64,000 nucleotides of DNA from the NCBI GenBank assembly GCA_965116795.1, contig OZ220716.1:906503-970502 (forward strand), written 5' to 3'. Source of the DNA: Gammaproteobacteria bacterium (GTDB lineage: Bacteria; Pseudomonadota; Gammaproteobacteria; JAJFKG01). The stretch's first letter is position 1, and each line of letters begins with the position of its first letter. The notes under the pieces were generated by a model, which was not told the DNA's origin, searched no databases, and saw only the letters and a program-made list of their open reading frames with translations. Below are positions 8,200 through 18,365 of this stretch, one piece after another. A program made the translations under genes and the position numbers.

Positions 8200-11055
8200 T
8201 CAGTTACCTATCCAATCAAGCCATTGTGCCTTAACGGCTGTGATATGTGGCTGTAAATCGGCGAGATCAGCAGTAATTGGATGTTGAGTCAAACTGTGCT
8301 GATGTAATAATTTGCGATAACAACAGTAGGCATCCATTAGTATATGTGCGCGTTCATCAGTTAATTTGCCAGCGCGTTGTAGGCAAGCAAGTAGTCGCAT
8401 ATTATCAGTGTATGCAACTAATTCTGGATGAGCATGAGCCCAACGTAATACGGCATATTGTACTAGAAATTCAATATCGGTTAATCCACCCGGACCACGC
8501 TTTAGCATAGATACTGGATCAGTTGTTGTTGTCTGAGATAACTTTGATCGCATATCAAGAATATCCTGACGTAATGAATTATGGTCACGTTGTAAGGTTA
8601 ATATTGTACGACGCAATTGCCAGAATTGTTTAGCTAATTGCGGATCACCATACACTGGGCGGGCACGCACTAATGCTTGGTGTTCCCATGTCCATGCGGT
8701 TTGTTGTTGATAATTAGCAAAAGTAGTTAATGTATTATGTAATAATCCTGCTTTGCCAGCAGGACGTAAACGGGTATCAATTGTATATAGTACGCCTGTA
8801 TTGGTGCGAACGTTTAATGTGTTTAGCAAGCGTTGTGCTAAGCGTGTATAAAAAAGAGAGTTGCTAATCGGTTGTGTACCGTTAGTGTATTGTTGTTCAT
8901 CAACAGACGCATGCAAGAAAACCAAATCTAAATCCGATGTATAACTTAACTCAATCCCCCCTAGTTTTCCATATGCAATAATTAGCAAACCATCATCAAT
9001 CGGTTTGCCGTGTGTATCTATTGGATAACCGTGGCGAGTAATTAATTGTTGCTTAACCAGTGTTACGGTTGCATGTAGAATTGCTGTGGCTAGATTGGTT
9101 AAATAGTCGCTGACACGCATCAATGGCAGTTTATCCATTAAGTCAGACGCAGCAACTCGCAAATTATGCGAGTGTTTGAAATGACGTAAATGTTCTATTT
9201 GTTCTTCAGGATCATCGCGTAGCTTAATTTGTTGATTGAGCGAATCTGTTAGCATCGCAACAGTGGGTACAATTTGTTTATTAAAAGGTGCTAATAATTC
9301 GTCTAGTACAACTGGATAGTTAGCTAGCTGTTTAGCTATCCATTCGCTTTGTGCGATTAATTCAATGAGACGTGATAGCATCATTGGATTTTCAATGAGT
9401 AGTGCTATGTATGCACTGCGTTGTATGATTGCTTCTAATAAACGTATAGTTCGAACTAAAGTTTGTGATGGATCGGATGTATTTGTTACTTTCATTAATA
9501 AGATAGGCATTAATTTGTTGATACGGCTGCGTGCCAACGTGCTCAGTTTACGGAAACGATAACTGCCTCTAAATGTTGCTAGAAGTTGACTAATATGTTG
9601 AGGATTACTAAATCCAATTCGGATTAATATGTCGTATTGTTCAGTATGTTCTAGCCAAATTGCTTGTAATGCATCGTGAATGTGTTGATGTTGATCGTGA
9701 GAGAAATGTTGAGGCTGATTGCCAATCATATGTTTAAAGTGTTCGATCACATATTGTTGATGGTAATGCAACTGTTCAATGAGCTGCGACCATTGATCAA
9801 ATCCACAATATAAACAGATTCTAAATTGAATAATTGGATCGCTAGGTAATGTATGTGTTTGTTGGTCGTTGACTGCTTGCAACGCATTTTCGACACGACG
9901 CAAAAATTGGTATGCTTGCCATAATTGTTTGACAGCTAATTTAGGCAAGCATTTTGTTTTAACTAATAGTGGCATAACATTAATGAGATTTGTTGATTGC
10001 AAACGTGGGTCTTTTGCAGCGCGGATAATTTGAAAAGCTTGAACAATAAATTCAATTTCTCGAATACCACCTTTACCTAATTTAATATGTTGCTGTAAGT
10101 TTTGACTACGTGCTTCTCGATCAATTTGTTGTTTTATTGCACGCAATCCGTCTAAAATGCTGTAATCGATATAACGTCTATATACAAACCTACGCAACAT
10201 AGTTTCTAGGTGTTGTGCATGATATCCGTGTCCACTAATGACTCGTGCCTTAACGAGTGCGTAACGCTCCCAATCACGACCGTGTTCTTGATAATAGGCA
10301 AGTAAACTCGGAATACTATTGACTAAAGGGCCGCTGCTACCAAAAGGTCGCAAACGCATATCAACACGATACACAAAGCCATCTTGGGTGGTTTCACTGA
10401 GTACTTTAGTCAGTGTCTGTGCTAATCGATTAAAAAATAATTCTAATGTAATCGATTGATTGGCATGTGTGACATCACCTTGGTGCGCATATAAGAATTG
10501 CAAATCAACATCAGACGACAGATTTAATTCATATCCACCTAGCTTCCCAAGACTGAGTACAATTAACTGCATTGGTTCACCTTGTTTATCGTACGGTGTT
10601 CCGTATTGATTACACTGCCATGAATATAATTGCTGCAGTGCGACATCAATACAGACTTCGGCGAGTGCAGATAATTGCTGCAGCGTTTGGCTTATATTAT
10701 CTACCTGTGTGATCTCACGCCAAATTAAACGCACTAATTCACCTTGACGAAATAAACGTAATTGATGCATTAATTCATTGAGTGTGTTGATTATCCCTGA
10801 GTGGGTTTGCCAACGATTTAAATAATCTGATTGGGTAAACCGCTTTTTGATATCACCTTGGTCGAACAATGTGGTTAATAACGTAGGTTGACGTACCAAC
10901 GTTTTTGCAACAAATTCACTAGCGGCACAAACACGTGCTAATGATTGCCGGCATTGTGATTTGTTGGGGATGTCTGTTATCTGTTGATAGTAATTTTGAA
11001 CATTTGCTGATAGTTCAGCCGGCCAGTTATCCGGTAGTGGTAATAATATATCCAT
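8200..11055 (-). CDS. glnE: Glutamine synthetase adenylyltransferase/adenylyl-removing enzyme
   Basis: Two NT domains: GKLGGYELNLSSDVDL...RVDMRLRPFG and YGKLGGIELSYTSDLDL...DTRLRPAG; WEHQAL. Confidence 0.95.
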   Translation of the reverse strand: MDILLPLPDNWPAELSANVQNYYQQITDIPNKSQCRQSLARVCAASEFVAKTLVRQPTLLTTLFDQGDIKKRFTQSDYLNRWQTHSGIINTLNELMHQLRLFRQGELVRLIWREITQVDNISQTLQQLSALAEVCIDVALQQLYSWQCNQYGTPYDKQGEPMQLIVLSLGKLGGYELNLSSDVDLQFLYAHQGDVTHANQSITLELFFNRLAQTLTKVLSETTQDGFVYRVDMRLRPFGSSGPLVNSIPSLLAYYQEHGRDWERYALVKARVISGHGYHAQHLETMLRRFVYRRYIDYSILDGLRAIKQQIDREARSQNLQQHIKLGKGGIREIEFIVQAFQIIRAAKDPRLQSTNLINVMPLLVKTKCLPKLAVKQLWQAYQFLRRVENALQAVNDQQTHTLPSDPIIQFRICLYCGFDQWSQLIEQLHYHQQYVIEHFKHMIGNQPQHFSHDQHQHIHDALQAIWLEHTEQYDILIRIGFSNPQHISQLLATFRGSYRFRKLSTLARSRINKLMPILLMKVTNTSDPSQTLVRTIRLLEAIIQRSAYIALLIENPMMLSRLIELIAQSEWIAKQLANYPVVLDELLAPFNKQIVPTVAMLTDSLNQQIKLRDDPEEQIEHLRHFKHSHNLRVAASDLMDKLPLMRVSDYLTNLATAILHATVTLVKQQLITRHGYPIDTHGKPIDDGLLIIAYGKLGGIELSYTSDLDLVFLHASVDEQQYTNGTQPISNSLFYTRLAQRLLNTLNVRTNTGVLYTIDTRLRPAGKAGLLHNTLTTFANYQQQTAWTWEHQALVRARPVYGDPQLAKQFWQLRRTILTLQRDHNSLRQDILDMRSKLSQTTTTDPVSMLKRGPGGLTDIEFLVQYAVLRWAHAHPELVAYTDNMRLLACLQRAGKLTDERAHILMDAYCCYRKLLHQHSLTQHPITADLADLQPHITAVKAQWLDWIGN

Positions 11056-11141
11056 CTTTTTCCTAGCACGTCCCTACATTTAGCTGCATAAGTGGTAATA
11101 TTCCAGTATTGGCAGGCTGTAAGTGATTTATTTTTACTATT

Positions 11142-11184
11142 TTACCTTGAAAATTGTAAGGTGTAGTTACAATTTTCAAGGTAA
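11142..11184. promoter_or_regulatory. Perfect 18-bp inverted repeat upstream of glnE (hairpin or operator)
   Basis: TTACCTTGAAAATTGTAA-7nt-TTACAATTTTCAAGGTAA. Confidence 0.5.
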
Positions 11185-11224
11185 CAATGTGCGTAGGGGT
11201 TAATGTTAGTTTTCGCATACAGGC

Positions 11225-11533
11225 TTATGTTCGCATTGGCCACAAACCATAAGCTGGTTCTTCATAGGGGTGCGCTTTACGTAATGCAATGATGACATCA
11301 TCAACAATATGATCACCACACACCATTTCTACTTTATATTCGGTGACTTTTTCTAATGTGTCTTGTTTACCTATGTGGGGTTTACTGCCTGCTAATGGAC
11401 GAAATTGTCCAGTGCCTTGGGTTTGCCAACAGGTACAATCATAATCACCAAGCTGGCCTGCACCAACAGCGAATAGGGCTTGTTTTACAACTTCAACGTG
11501 GGTATCAGGCACATAAACGTAAAGATGATACAT
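11225..11533 (-). CDS. YqfO/NIF3-associated PII-like small protein
   Basis: GAGQLGDYD, GTGQFRPLAGSKPHIG, AHPYEEPAY motifs. Confidence 0.85.
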   Translation of the reverse strand: MYHLYVYVPDTHVEVVKQALFAVGAGQLGDYDCTCWQTQGTGQFRPLAGSKPHIGKQDTLEKVTEYKVEMVCGDHIVDDVIIALRKAHPYEEPAYGLWPMRT

Positions 11534-11536
11534 AGA

Positions 11537-13291
11537 TTATTCTCCTGATGATTGGATAGGTTGTATATACTCAATAATCAATTGCACAGTTTGATTGCCG
11601 CGGAACTCATTGAGATCCAATCGATAAGCAATATGGATGCATTGTGATAATTGTGGTTGATAATCTAATTTATCTACATTAAATAATAATGCTTCTACTG
11701 CCTTTTCATCTTCTTTAGTGTCACTCAATAACAACTTTAAGTGGTTTTTTCCTAATGTTTGGTAATCCATGACATAAAACTTACCATCGAATAATGGTTC
11801 TGGAAATTGTTGTCCCCAAGGGCCACCATTGCGTATTTGTTTAGCAAAGGATATTGAAAAGTAGTTAGTAGACAGTTCACCATCACTATCGATTTGGCAT
11901 TGCAGTTGTGATGGTTGTAGATGCTGTGCTAATACATCTTCAAAGATATGTTTAAAACGAATAAAGTTATCTTGCTTGATAGATAAACCAGCTGCCATTG
12001 CATGTCCGCCAAATGTTAACAGCAGATCAGGATGTGCGGTGGCAATATCACTTAAACAATCACGCATATGTAAATTTGCAATCGAACGAGCTGATCCTTT
12101 TAATTCATCATCACTGGTTTTGGCAAACGCAATTACCGGGCGATGAAAACGATCTTTTAATCGAGAAGCTACAATGCCAATAACACCTTGATGCCAACTT
12201 GGATCATATAGACATAAACCAGCTGGCATATTAGTTTGTTGGGTATTGATATCGATTGTAGCTAATGCATCCAATGCTTGTTGTTGCATAGTAGTTTCGA
12301 TCACTTTGCGTTGTTGATTTAATTGATCTAAACGTGCGGCTAATTGTCGTGCCTGCAATAGTGATTCTGTTAGCAAGCATTGAATACCAATCGACATATC
12401 TTCTAGGCGACCAGCTGCATTTAACCTGGGGCCTACTGCAAAACCAAGATCAGCACTAACAATGCGACGGAAATCACGTTTGGCAATTGCTAATAATGCA
12501 TTAATGCCAGGACGGGCAAGCCCTTGGCGGATACGTTGCAATCCATGATGCACTAAAATGCGGTTGTTACGATCTAATGGTACAACATCAGCAACCGTAC
12601 CTAATGCGACTAAGTCTAATAATGGTGATAATGCTGGTTGTTCAATATTATGTTGAGCAAACCAATCTATTTCACGTAACTGTCGTCGCAGTGCCACCAT
12701 CAGATAAAACGCAACACCAACACCTGCTAAGCATTTACTGGGAAATAGACAGCCGGGCTGATTAGGATTAATAATCGCATCGGCTAATGGCAAGGTATCA
12801 CCTGGTAAATGGTGATCGGTAATAATGACATTCATGCCATAGTCTTTTGCAGCAGCAACACCATCGATGCTACTGATCCCATTATCAACGGTGATGATCA
12901 GATCAGGTGAAGATTGTTTGGCGACGTCGACGATTTCAGGTGTTAACCCATAACCATAATCAAAACGGTTAGGAACTAAATAATTAACATGTTGAAATCC
13001 TAAAGCATGTAAACCGGATACCATTAATGTACTACTAGTAGCGCCATCTGCGTCAAAATCACCAATAATCATTACTTTTTGTTGTTGGGTTAATGCGTGG
13101 GTTAAGCAGTTAATGGCTTTCTCTATATTTAACAAGCTATCTGCTGGATATAATTGATTAAGATCATGATTTAATTCAGTGATCGATGTGATCCCACGCT
13201 GCTGATAGATCTGTTGTAACATGGGATCTAATGTATCTGACCACAATGTTGTGGTTTCTAATGCGGGACGTCTGACAATGACTTTATCCAT
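11537..13291 (-). CDS. recJ: ssDNA-specific exonuclease RecJ
   Basis: GDFDADG, TVDNGI, TDHH, GTVADVV, GSARS, GGHAMAAG. Confidence 0.97.
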   Translation of the reverse strand: MDKVIVRRPALETTTLWSDTLDPMLQQIYQQRGITSITELNHDLNQLYPADSLLNIEKAINCLTHALTQQQKVMIIGDFDADGATSSTLMVSGLHALGFQHVNYLVPNRFDYGYGLTPEIVDVAKQSSPDLIITVDNGISSIDGVAAAKDYGMNVIITDHHLPGDTLPLADAIINPNQPGCLFPSKCLAGVGVAFYLMVALRRQLREIDWFAQHNIEQPALSPLLDLVALGTVADVVPLDRNNRILVHHGLQRIRQGLARPGINALLAIAKRDFRRIVSADLGFAVGPRLNAAGRLEDMSIGIQCLLTESLLQARQLAARLDQLNQQRKVIETTMQQQALDALATIDINTQQTNMPAGLCLYDPSWHQGVIGIVASRLKDRFHRPVIAFAKTSDDELKGSARSIANLHMRDCLSDIATAHPDLLLTFGGHAMAAGLSIKQDNFIRFKHIFEDVLAQHLQPSQLQCQIDSDGELSTNYFSISFAKQIRNGGPWGQQFPEPLFDGKFYVMDYQTLGKNHLKLLLSDTKEDEKAVEALLFNVDKLDYQPQLSQCIHIAYRLDLNEFRGNQTVQLIIEYIQPIQSSGE

Positions 13292-13352
13292 AATATACTC
13301 TGTGCACTTGAATTGTATGCTTTGTTAGTTGCGCGATTCTACCACAGCTACG

Positions 13353-14438
13353 TTAATTTAAGTGTTGTTGCAGTATCGTATTGATTGCATTAAGTTCAGG
13401 TTCGACAGTAATAATTGGACTAGTGGCATTGTTGATTGCAATATCTGGATCTTTTAATCCGTGTCCTGTTAATGTGCATACCACAGTGCTACCTGATTTA
13501 ATTTTTTGTTGTTGCAGGGTTTTGTCTAATCCGGCTAGTGATGCAGCCGATGCCGGTTCACAAAAAATGCCATCACATTCGGCTAATAAGCGCTGCATCG
13601 ATAAAATGTCATCATCACTAACGTGATCGAACCAACCGTTGGATTCGTGAGTAGCATTGATTGCTAAATCCCATGATTGTGGACGACCAATGCGGATTGC
13701 AGTGGCAATGGTTTCAGGGTTATCAATGGGATGCCCTGTTAAAAAGGGTGCTGCATTACTGGCTTGAAAGCCAAGCATTGTTGGCAATTGTTTACATAGC
13801 TTGTGTTGATGATATTCTTGGTATCCCATCCAATACGCACTGATGTTACCGGCATTGCCAACTGGCAAGCAATGGTAATCTGGTGCATCGCCTAACACAT
13901 CAACAATTTCAAATGCTGCAGTTTTTTGTCCATGTAACCGATATGGATTTACTGAATTGACTAAGGTAATCGGTAATGCTTGGGTAATTGTTTTCACTAA
14001 TTGCATCGCCTCATCAAAATTACCTTTAATTTGTATAACAGTAGCGCCGTGAATACGTGCTTGCGCTAATTTGCCTAATGCAATATTGCCTTCTGGGATC
14101 AATACAAATGTTGAGATATTAGCTCGTGCTCCGTACGCTGCAGCAGCAGCAGACGTATTTCCAGTCGACGCACACATGATTGCTTGTGTTCCTTCACTAA
14201 CTGCGTGGCTAACAGCAACTGTCATTCCGCGATCTTTAAAGGATCCAGTTGGATTTAGTCCTTCATATTTAACATATACATCAATATCCCAATTAAGTTT
14301 TTTAGGTAAGTTTTGTAATTGAATGAGTGGGGTATTGCCTTCTTGTAAGCTGATGATCGGTGTATCTTTAGTTAATGGCAAGTATTTATGGTAAGTTTCA
14401 ATTAAGCCAGAATAAGCAGTGATTGTTTGTTGACTCAT
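13353..14438 (-). CDS. thrC: Threonine synthase (short type)
   Basis: EGNTPLI, NPTGSFKDRGM, CASTGNTS, PVGNAGN, EPASAA, TGHGLKDP. Confidence 0.95.
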   Translation of the reverse strand: MSQQTITAYSGLIETYHKYLPLTKDTPIISLQEGNTPLIQLQNLPKKLNWDIDVYVKYEGLNPTGSFKDRGMTVAVSHAVSEGTQAIMCASTGNTSAAAAAYGARANISTFVLIPEGNIALGKLAQARIHGATVIQIKGNFDEAMQLVKTITQALPITLVNSVNPYRLHGQKTAAFEIVDVLGDAPDYHCLPVGNAGNISAYWMGYQEYHQHKLCKQLPTMLGFQASNAAPFLTGHPIDNPETIATAIRIGRPQSWDLAINATHESNGWFDHVSDDDILSMQRLLAECDGIFCEPASAASLAGLDKTLQQQKIKSGSTVVCTLTGHGLKDPDIAINNATSPIITVEPELNAINTILQQHLN

Positions 14439-15277
14439 TATATATTTGTCCTTGCAGGTAATGTATCAATAAAGTCAGTTAATTGTTGTTTTAATGTAGC
14501 TAGTGATGGGATCACATACAAAATAGTTTGCATTTGTGTAGGATCGTAATCTGTACGAATGATGTCGGCAATCGATAATGGACGTCGTTCGACATTTGCT
14601 GAAAAACAATGGGTTAATTCACCGTATGACGATAATAACCCTGCGCCAAATGCTTTAACATCATTATCTTCTTCAAGTAAACCAAATTCGATGGTAAACC
14701 AGTAAATTTTATCCCATTGCCACAATTGTTCATCTTGTGAAAAGCGTACACCATCACCGATTAAACGGGTGATCTCGGTGTATTCTGGATGCACTAATGC
14801 GGGTAAGTGACCTAATACATCGTGCACAGCATCCGGTTCTGGTGTGTATTCTGGATGAGTGTGATATCGAATAAATTGCGTGCATGGCATAATTCCACGG
14901 GCTAAAAATTCGTGAAAATCACGCGTGTCGAGTAATCCTTCTGCTGGCGCTAAATGAATGTCGTGGGTTGCTGCTAAGCGTTGGTCTAGCTCATGCAATT
15001 GTGGCATGTGATCGGGATCTAATTGCAATATTGTTTTCCCAGTTAAATAACCAGACCATGCGTATTGTTGTTGCAGTGGGGCTAGCTTTTGAGAAACCTG
15101 TGCCCAGACGGCGTGTTCTTCCGGTGTGTAATCGATAATGGGTAATTCTTTATGGTGTAAACGGTAGTCACGTGAGGTATCGAAGAAGTATTGGCGTCTA
15201 GCAATGTAATTTGCATCATCTCGTCCTGGATGTTTCGGATCAATAACTAACTGTTGTGGACTGTTGTCGGTTGTCAT
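14438..15277 (-). CDS. phhA: Pterin-dependent aromatic amino acid hydroxylase, probably phenylalanine 4-hydroxylase
   Basis: CTQFIR, YTPEPDAVHDVLGH (Fe-ligand His pair), YWFTIEFG (Glu ligand), GAGLLSSYGE. Confidence 0.9.
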   Translation of the reverse strand: MTTDNSPQQLVIDPKHPGRDDANYIARRQYFFDTSRDYRLHHKELPIIDYTPEEHAVWAQVSQKLAPLQQQYAWSGYLTGKTILQLDPDHMPQLHELDQRLAATHDIHLAPAEGLLDTRDFHEFLARGIMPCTQFIRYHTHPEYTPEPDAVHDVLGHLPALVHPEYTEITRLIGDGVRFSQDEQLWQWDKIYWFTIEFGLLEEDNDVKAFGAGLLSSYGELTHCFSANVERRPLSIADIIRTDYDPTQMQTILYVIPSLATLKQQLTDFIDTLPARTNI

Positions 15278-15350
15278 CGGTGTGGTAATACTCTTTGTTT
15301 GTGAAATTTTTTGTTTATTTCAACATGCTCACAATCATTATTGCTATTAT

Positions 15351-15426
15351 CTGCGGGTCCTGTCACTGGATTTCTCCCCGTCACCCTCGCAAACTCGTGT
15401 GCCCCTAAATCCAGTGCCACCCGCAG
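15351..15426. ncRNA. GC-rich two-stem hairpin in the phhA upstream region (candidate cis-regulatory RNA or sRNA)
   Basis: CTGCGGGT/ACCCGCAG outer stem and CACTGGATTT/AAATCCAGTG inner stem around a 33-nt loop, in AT-rich flanks. Confidence 0.45.
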
Positions 15427-15497
15427 TTGTTCTCATATTAGTATTGTAATACTTATTAATTGCGTTAATTTTGATGATGTATATTACTCAAAAACAA

Positions 15498-15541
15498 CGT
15501 CATTCTGGAGAGCGTATGGAATACGTGAGTCCAGAATCCAG
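15498..15541 (+). repeat. 44-bp REP/dRS3-like palindromic unit, copy 1
   Basis: CGTCATTCTGGAGAGCGTATGGAATACGTGAGTCCAGAATCCAG; 42/44 identical to 18182-18225. Confidence 0.85.
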
Positions 15542-15591
15542 TCTTCTATGAAAGCGACTACTGTATGTTTTAGCTACTCTCATTCAATATT

Positions 15592-16908
15592 CTATTGCTC
15601 AAATACGTCTGTTTCAACTGGAATGGCTAATATCTCTGATTTTACCCCAGCTAATGCTGCAATATCGGTTAATGCAGCCTGCTTCGCTTTGCCACTTGTT
15701 GGGTGGGTCAGTATGATAATATAAACAAAATCAGTATCAGCAAGCCGGTCTTTTTGTAGAATAGCTTCAATGCTCACTTGATATTGGCCGAGGATTTGAG
15801 TGATATTAGCTAGCACGCCAGTTTGGTCGCGTACTAACAAGCGAATGTAATAACGTGTCTGAATAGCATCTTCACTGATAATGGGTGTATTAGTTAATGC
15901 ATCGTATGGTAACAATAATGGTGGGATCCGCTTTGCTGGTGCTATTTGCATTGCTCTTGCCATGTCGATCAAATCGGCGACAACAGACGATGCTGTGGGT
16001 AACATGCCGGCACCCGCACCGTAGTATAAACTGTGTCCCAATGCATCACTGTTTACCCAAACACTGTTCATTACACCATTAACATGTGCAAGCAAACAAT
16101 CAGTTGGAATACACGTTGGGTGTACACGTAATTCAATGCTATTAGTGTGTTTACGTGCAAACCCGAGATGTTTAATGGTAAAGCCTAATTCGGTGGCGTA
16201 ACGTAAATCTGACAAGGTAATATTGCGAATACCTTGTGTGCTGATAGTATTTAATTGCAATGGAATTGCGAAAGCTAATGCAGATAAGATTGTTAGTTTG
16301 TGTGCTGCATCAATACCATCTACATCTAAACTAGGTTCAGCTTCGGCATACCCTAGTTGTTGTGCACTGGCTAATACATCAGAAAATTCACGTTGCTCTT
16401 GTTGCATCGCAGTTAAAATATAATTGCTGGTACCATTTAAAATCCCAGCTAGGCAATGGATTTGGTTAGCTGCCAATCCTTCACGTAATGTTTTAATAAT
16501 TGGGATCCCACCGGCAACTGCTGCCTCAAATAATACAAGTACACCTTTTTCATCAGCACGTTTAAAAATAGTATTACCGTGTTCGGCAATCAATGCCTTA
16601 TTAGCAGTGATAATGTGTTTGCCATTATCGATTGCACGTAGTACGTACGTTAGCGCATCGGTTGTACCACCGATTAATTCAACCACGATATCAATGGTTG
16701 GATCATCGATAATAGTTGTTGGATCGTCGGTTAAATTCAATGAGTTGGTATCACAGTCACGTGGCTGTTTTAAATTGCGTATACTGGCTGTGGTGATATT
16801 CAATTGACAGCCTGCACGTTGAGAAATCAATTTATTGTTGTTAATTACATTAACAACACCACTGCTAACAGTACCTAAGCCTAATAGGCCGATGTTAATA
16901 GTTTGCAT
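15592..16908 (-). CDS. hom: Homoserine dehydrogenase with C-terminal ACT domain
   Basis: [47 protein letters not shown]-terminal ACT (DQTGVLA); ATG at 16908 gives [10 protein letters not shown]. Confidence 0.95.
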   Translation of the reverse strand: MQTINIGLLGLGTVSSGVVNVINNNKLISQRAGCQLNITTASIRNLKQPRDCDTNSLNLTDDPTTIIDDPTIDIVVELIGGTTDALTYVLRAIDNGKHIITANKALIAEHGNTIFKRADEKGVLVLFEAAVAGGIPIIKTLREGLAANQIHCLAGILNGTSNYILTAMQQEQREFSDVLASAQQLGYAEAEPSLDVDGIDAAHKLTILSALAFAIPLQLNTISTQGIRNITLSDLRYATELGFTIKHLGFARKHTNSIELRVHPTCIPTDCLLAHVNGVMNSVWVNSDALGHSLYYGAGAGMLPTASSVVADLIDMARAMQIAPAKRIPPLLLPYDALTNTPIISEDAIQTRYYIRLLVRDQTGVLANITQILGQYQVSIEAILQKDRLADTDFVYIIILTHPTSGKAKQAALTDIAALAGVKSEILAIPVETDVFEQ

Positions 16909-18097
16909 AATTATCAATGATTCCATCCTGTCTGAACATTCGTTTAATATTACGTCCTGCTTGACGAATACGTTGTCGATTTTCAATTAAACTGAAACGC
17001 ACGTAATCATCACCATGTTTACCAAAACCGATTCCAGGTGAGACGGCAACATGTGCGTGTTGTAGTAAGTGTTTAGAAAACTCTAATGATTTCATATCAC
17101 GATAATGAGCTGGAATTTTGGCCCAGACAAACATCGTCGCTTTAGGAGGTGTTACTGTCCAACCTGCTTGATTTAATTGTTCACATAACACATCACGCCG
17201 CTGTTTATAACGCTGACAGATTTCAGTCACGCAATCTTGAGGACCTTCTAGTGCGGTGATCGCAGCGACTTGAATCGGGGTAAACGTGCCGTAATCAAAA
17301 TACGATTTAATTTGTTTTAATGCACCGACTAATGTTGGATTGCCACACATAAAGCCTACGCGCCAACCTGGCATGTTATAACTTTTGGATAAGGTATAAC
17401 TTTCAATAGCAATGTCTTTAGCACCAGGAACTTGTAATATCGAAGGAGCTTGATAACCGTCAAATGTAATATCTGCATACGCTAAATCATGTACTACCCA
17501 AATACGGTGTTGTTTGGCAATCGCAACAATCTTTTCAAAAAAATCGATATCAACACAGTGTGTTGTTGGATTAGACGGAAAGTTTAATACCAACATTTTA
17601 GGGTGTGGCCAACAATGAGTAATCGCATCTTCCAATTCAGCAAAAAAATCTTGATCAGGTAAGATCGGTACGTGACGAATATCAGCGCCAGCAATGATAA
17701 AACCATAAGGATGGATTGGGTAAGCAGGGTTTGGTACTAACACAGTATCACCGGCATCTACTGTCGCCAAGGCTAAATGCGCCAAGCCTTCTTTAGAGCC
17801 AATTGTCACGATGGCTTCATTATTTTTATCTAACGTAACGTCATAGCGAGTTTTATACCAGTGACAAATGGCTTGACGTAAACGTGGTAACCCTTGTGAT
17901 GTTGAATAGCGATGTGTATCAGGGCGTTGTACGGTTTCAGTTAATTTGTCAACAATGTGTTGAGGAGTGCCTTGATCAGGATTCCCCATGCCAAAATCGA
18001 TAATATCTTCGCCACGTGCGCGTGCTTGCATACGCAATTCACCGACAATGTTAAATACATAAGGTGGTAGGCGTTTAATCCGATTAAATTCGCTCAT
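16895..18097 (-). CDS. alaC: Alanine transaminase, class I aminotransferase
   Basis: [43 protein letters not shown]. Confidence 0.9.
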   Translation of the reverse strand: MSEFNRIKRLPPYVFNIVGELRMQARARGEDIIDFGMGNPDQGTPQHIVDKLTETVQRPDTHRYSTSQGLPRLRQAICHWYKTRYDVTLDKNNEAIVTIGSKEGLAHLALATVDAGDTVLVPNPAYPIHPYGFIIAGADIRHVPILPDQDFFAELEDAITHCWPHPKMLVLNFPSNPTTHCVDIDFFEKIVAIAKQHRIWVVHDLAYADITFDGYQAPSILQVPGAKDIAIESYTLSKSYNMPGWRVGFMCGNPTLVGALKQIKSYFDYGTFTPIQVAAITALEGPQDCVTEICQRYKQRRDVLCEQLNQAGWTVTPPKATMFVWAKIPAHYRDMKSLEFSKHLLQHAHVAVSPGIGFGKHGDDYVRFSLIENRQRIRQAGRNIKRMFRQDGIIDNYANY

Positions 18098-18181
18098 AAA
18101 TGGTGTTTGTTTAACGTATTAAAGAGAGGTAATAATAACATCCTGCTATTGTTTTTGATACCCTGGTTTTACTTAGTATAC

Positions 18182-18225
18182 CGTCATTCTGGAGAGCGTA
18201 TGGAATACGCGAGTCCAGAATCTAG
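18182..18225 (+). repeat. 44-bp REP/dRS3-like palindromic unit, copy 2
   Basis: CGTCATTCTGGAGAGCGTATGGAATACGCGAGTCCAGAATCTAG; direct repeat of 15498-15541. Confidence 0.85.
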
Positions 18226-18365
18226 TCTTTATGTAAATGATAATTAAAATTTAAATAGTATAAATAAATTTGCACTAACAACACATGGCAATTAGAATTA
18301 TTGTTAATAAACATTTTTTGGCTACTATGCGGTAGCTTACACAAATACAAAATAGATGGTGGTAT

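Noticed and set aside
15364-15416. CTGGA...AAATCCAG similarity to the tRNA-Sec anticodon arm
   Set aside because: The loop is 33 nt with no TCA anticodon loop, T arm or CCA end.
15347-15436. Classical thrL-type attenuator
   Set aside because: Thr codons are scattered, there are no Ile codons and no terminator/antiterminator pair; kept only as an unexplained leader.
15311-15724. 137-aa plus-strand ORF
   Set aside because: Runs across the hairpin, the repeat and the hom 3' end in antisense; no recognisable protein features.
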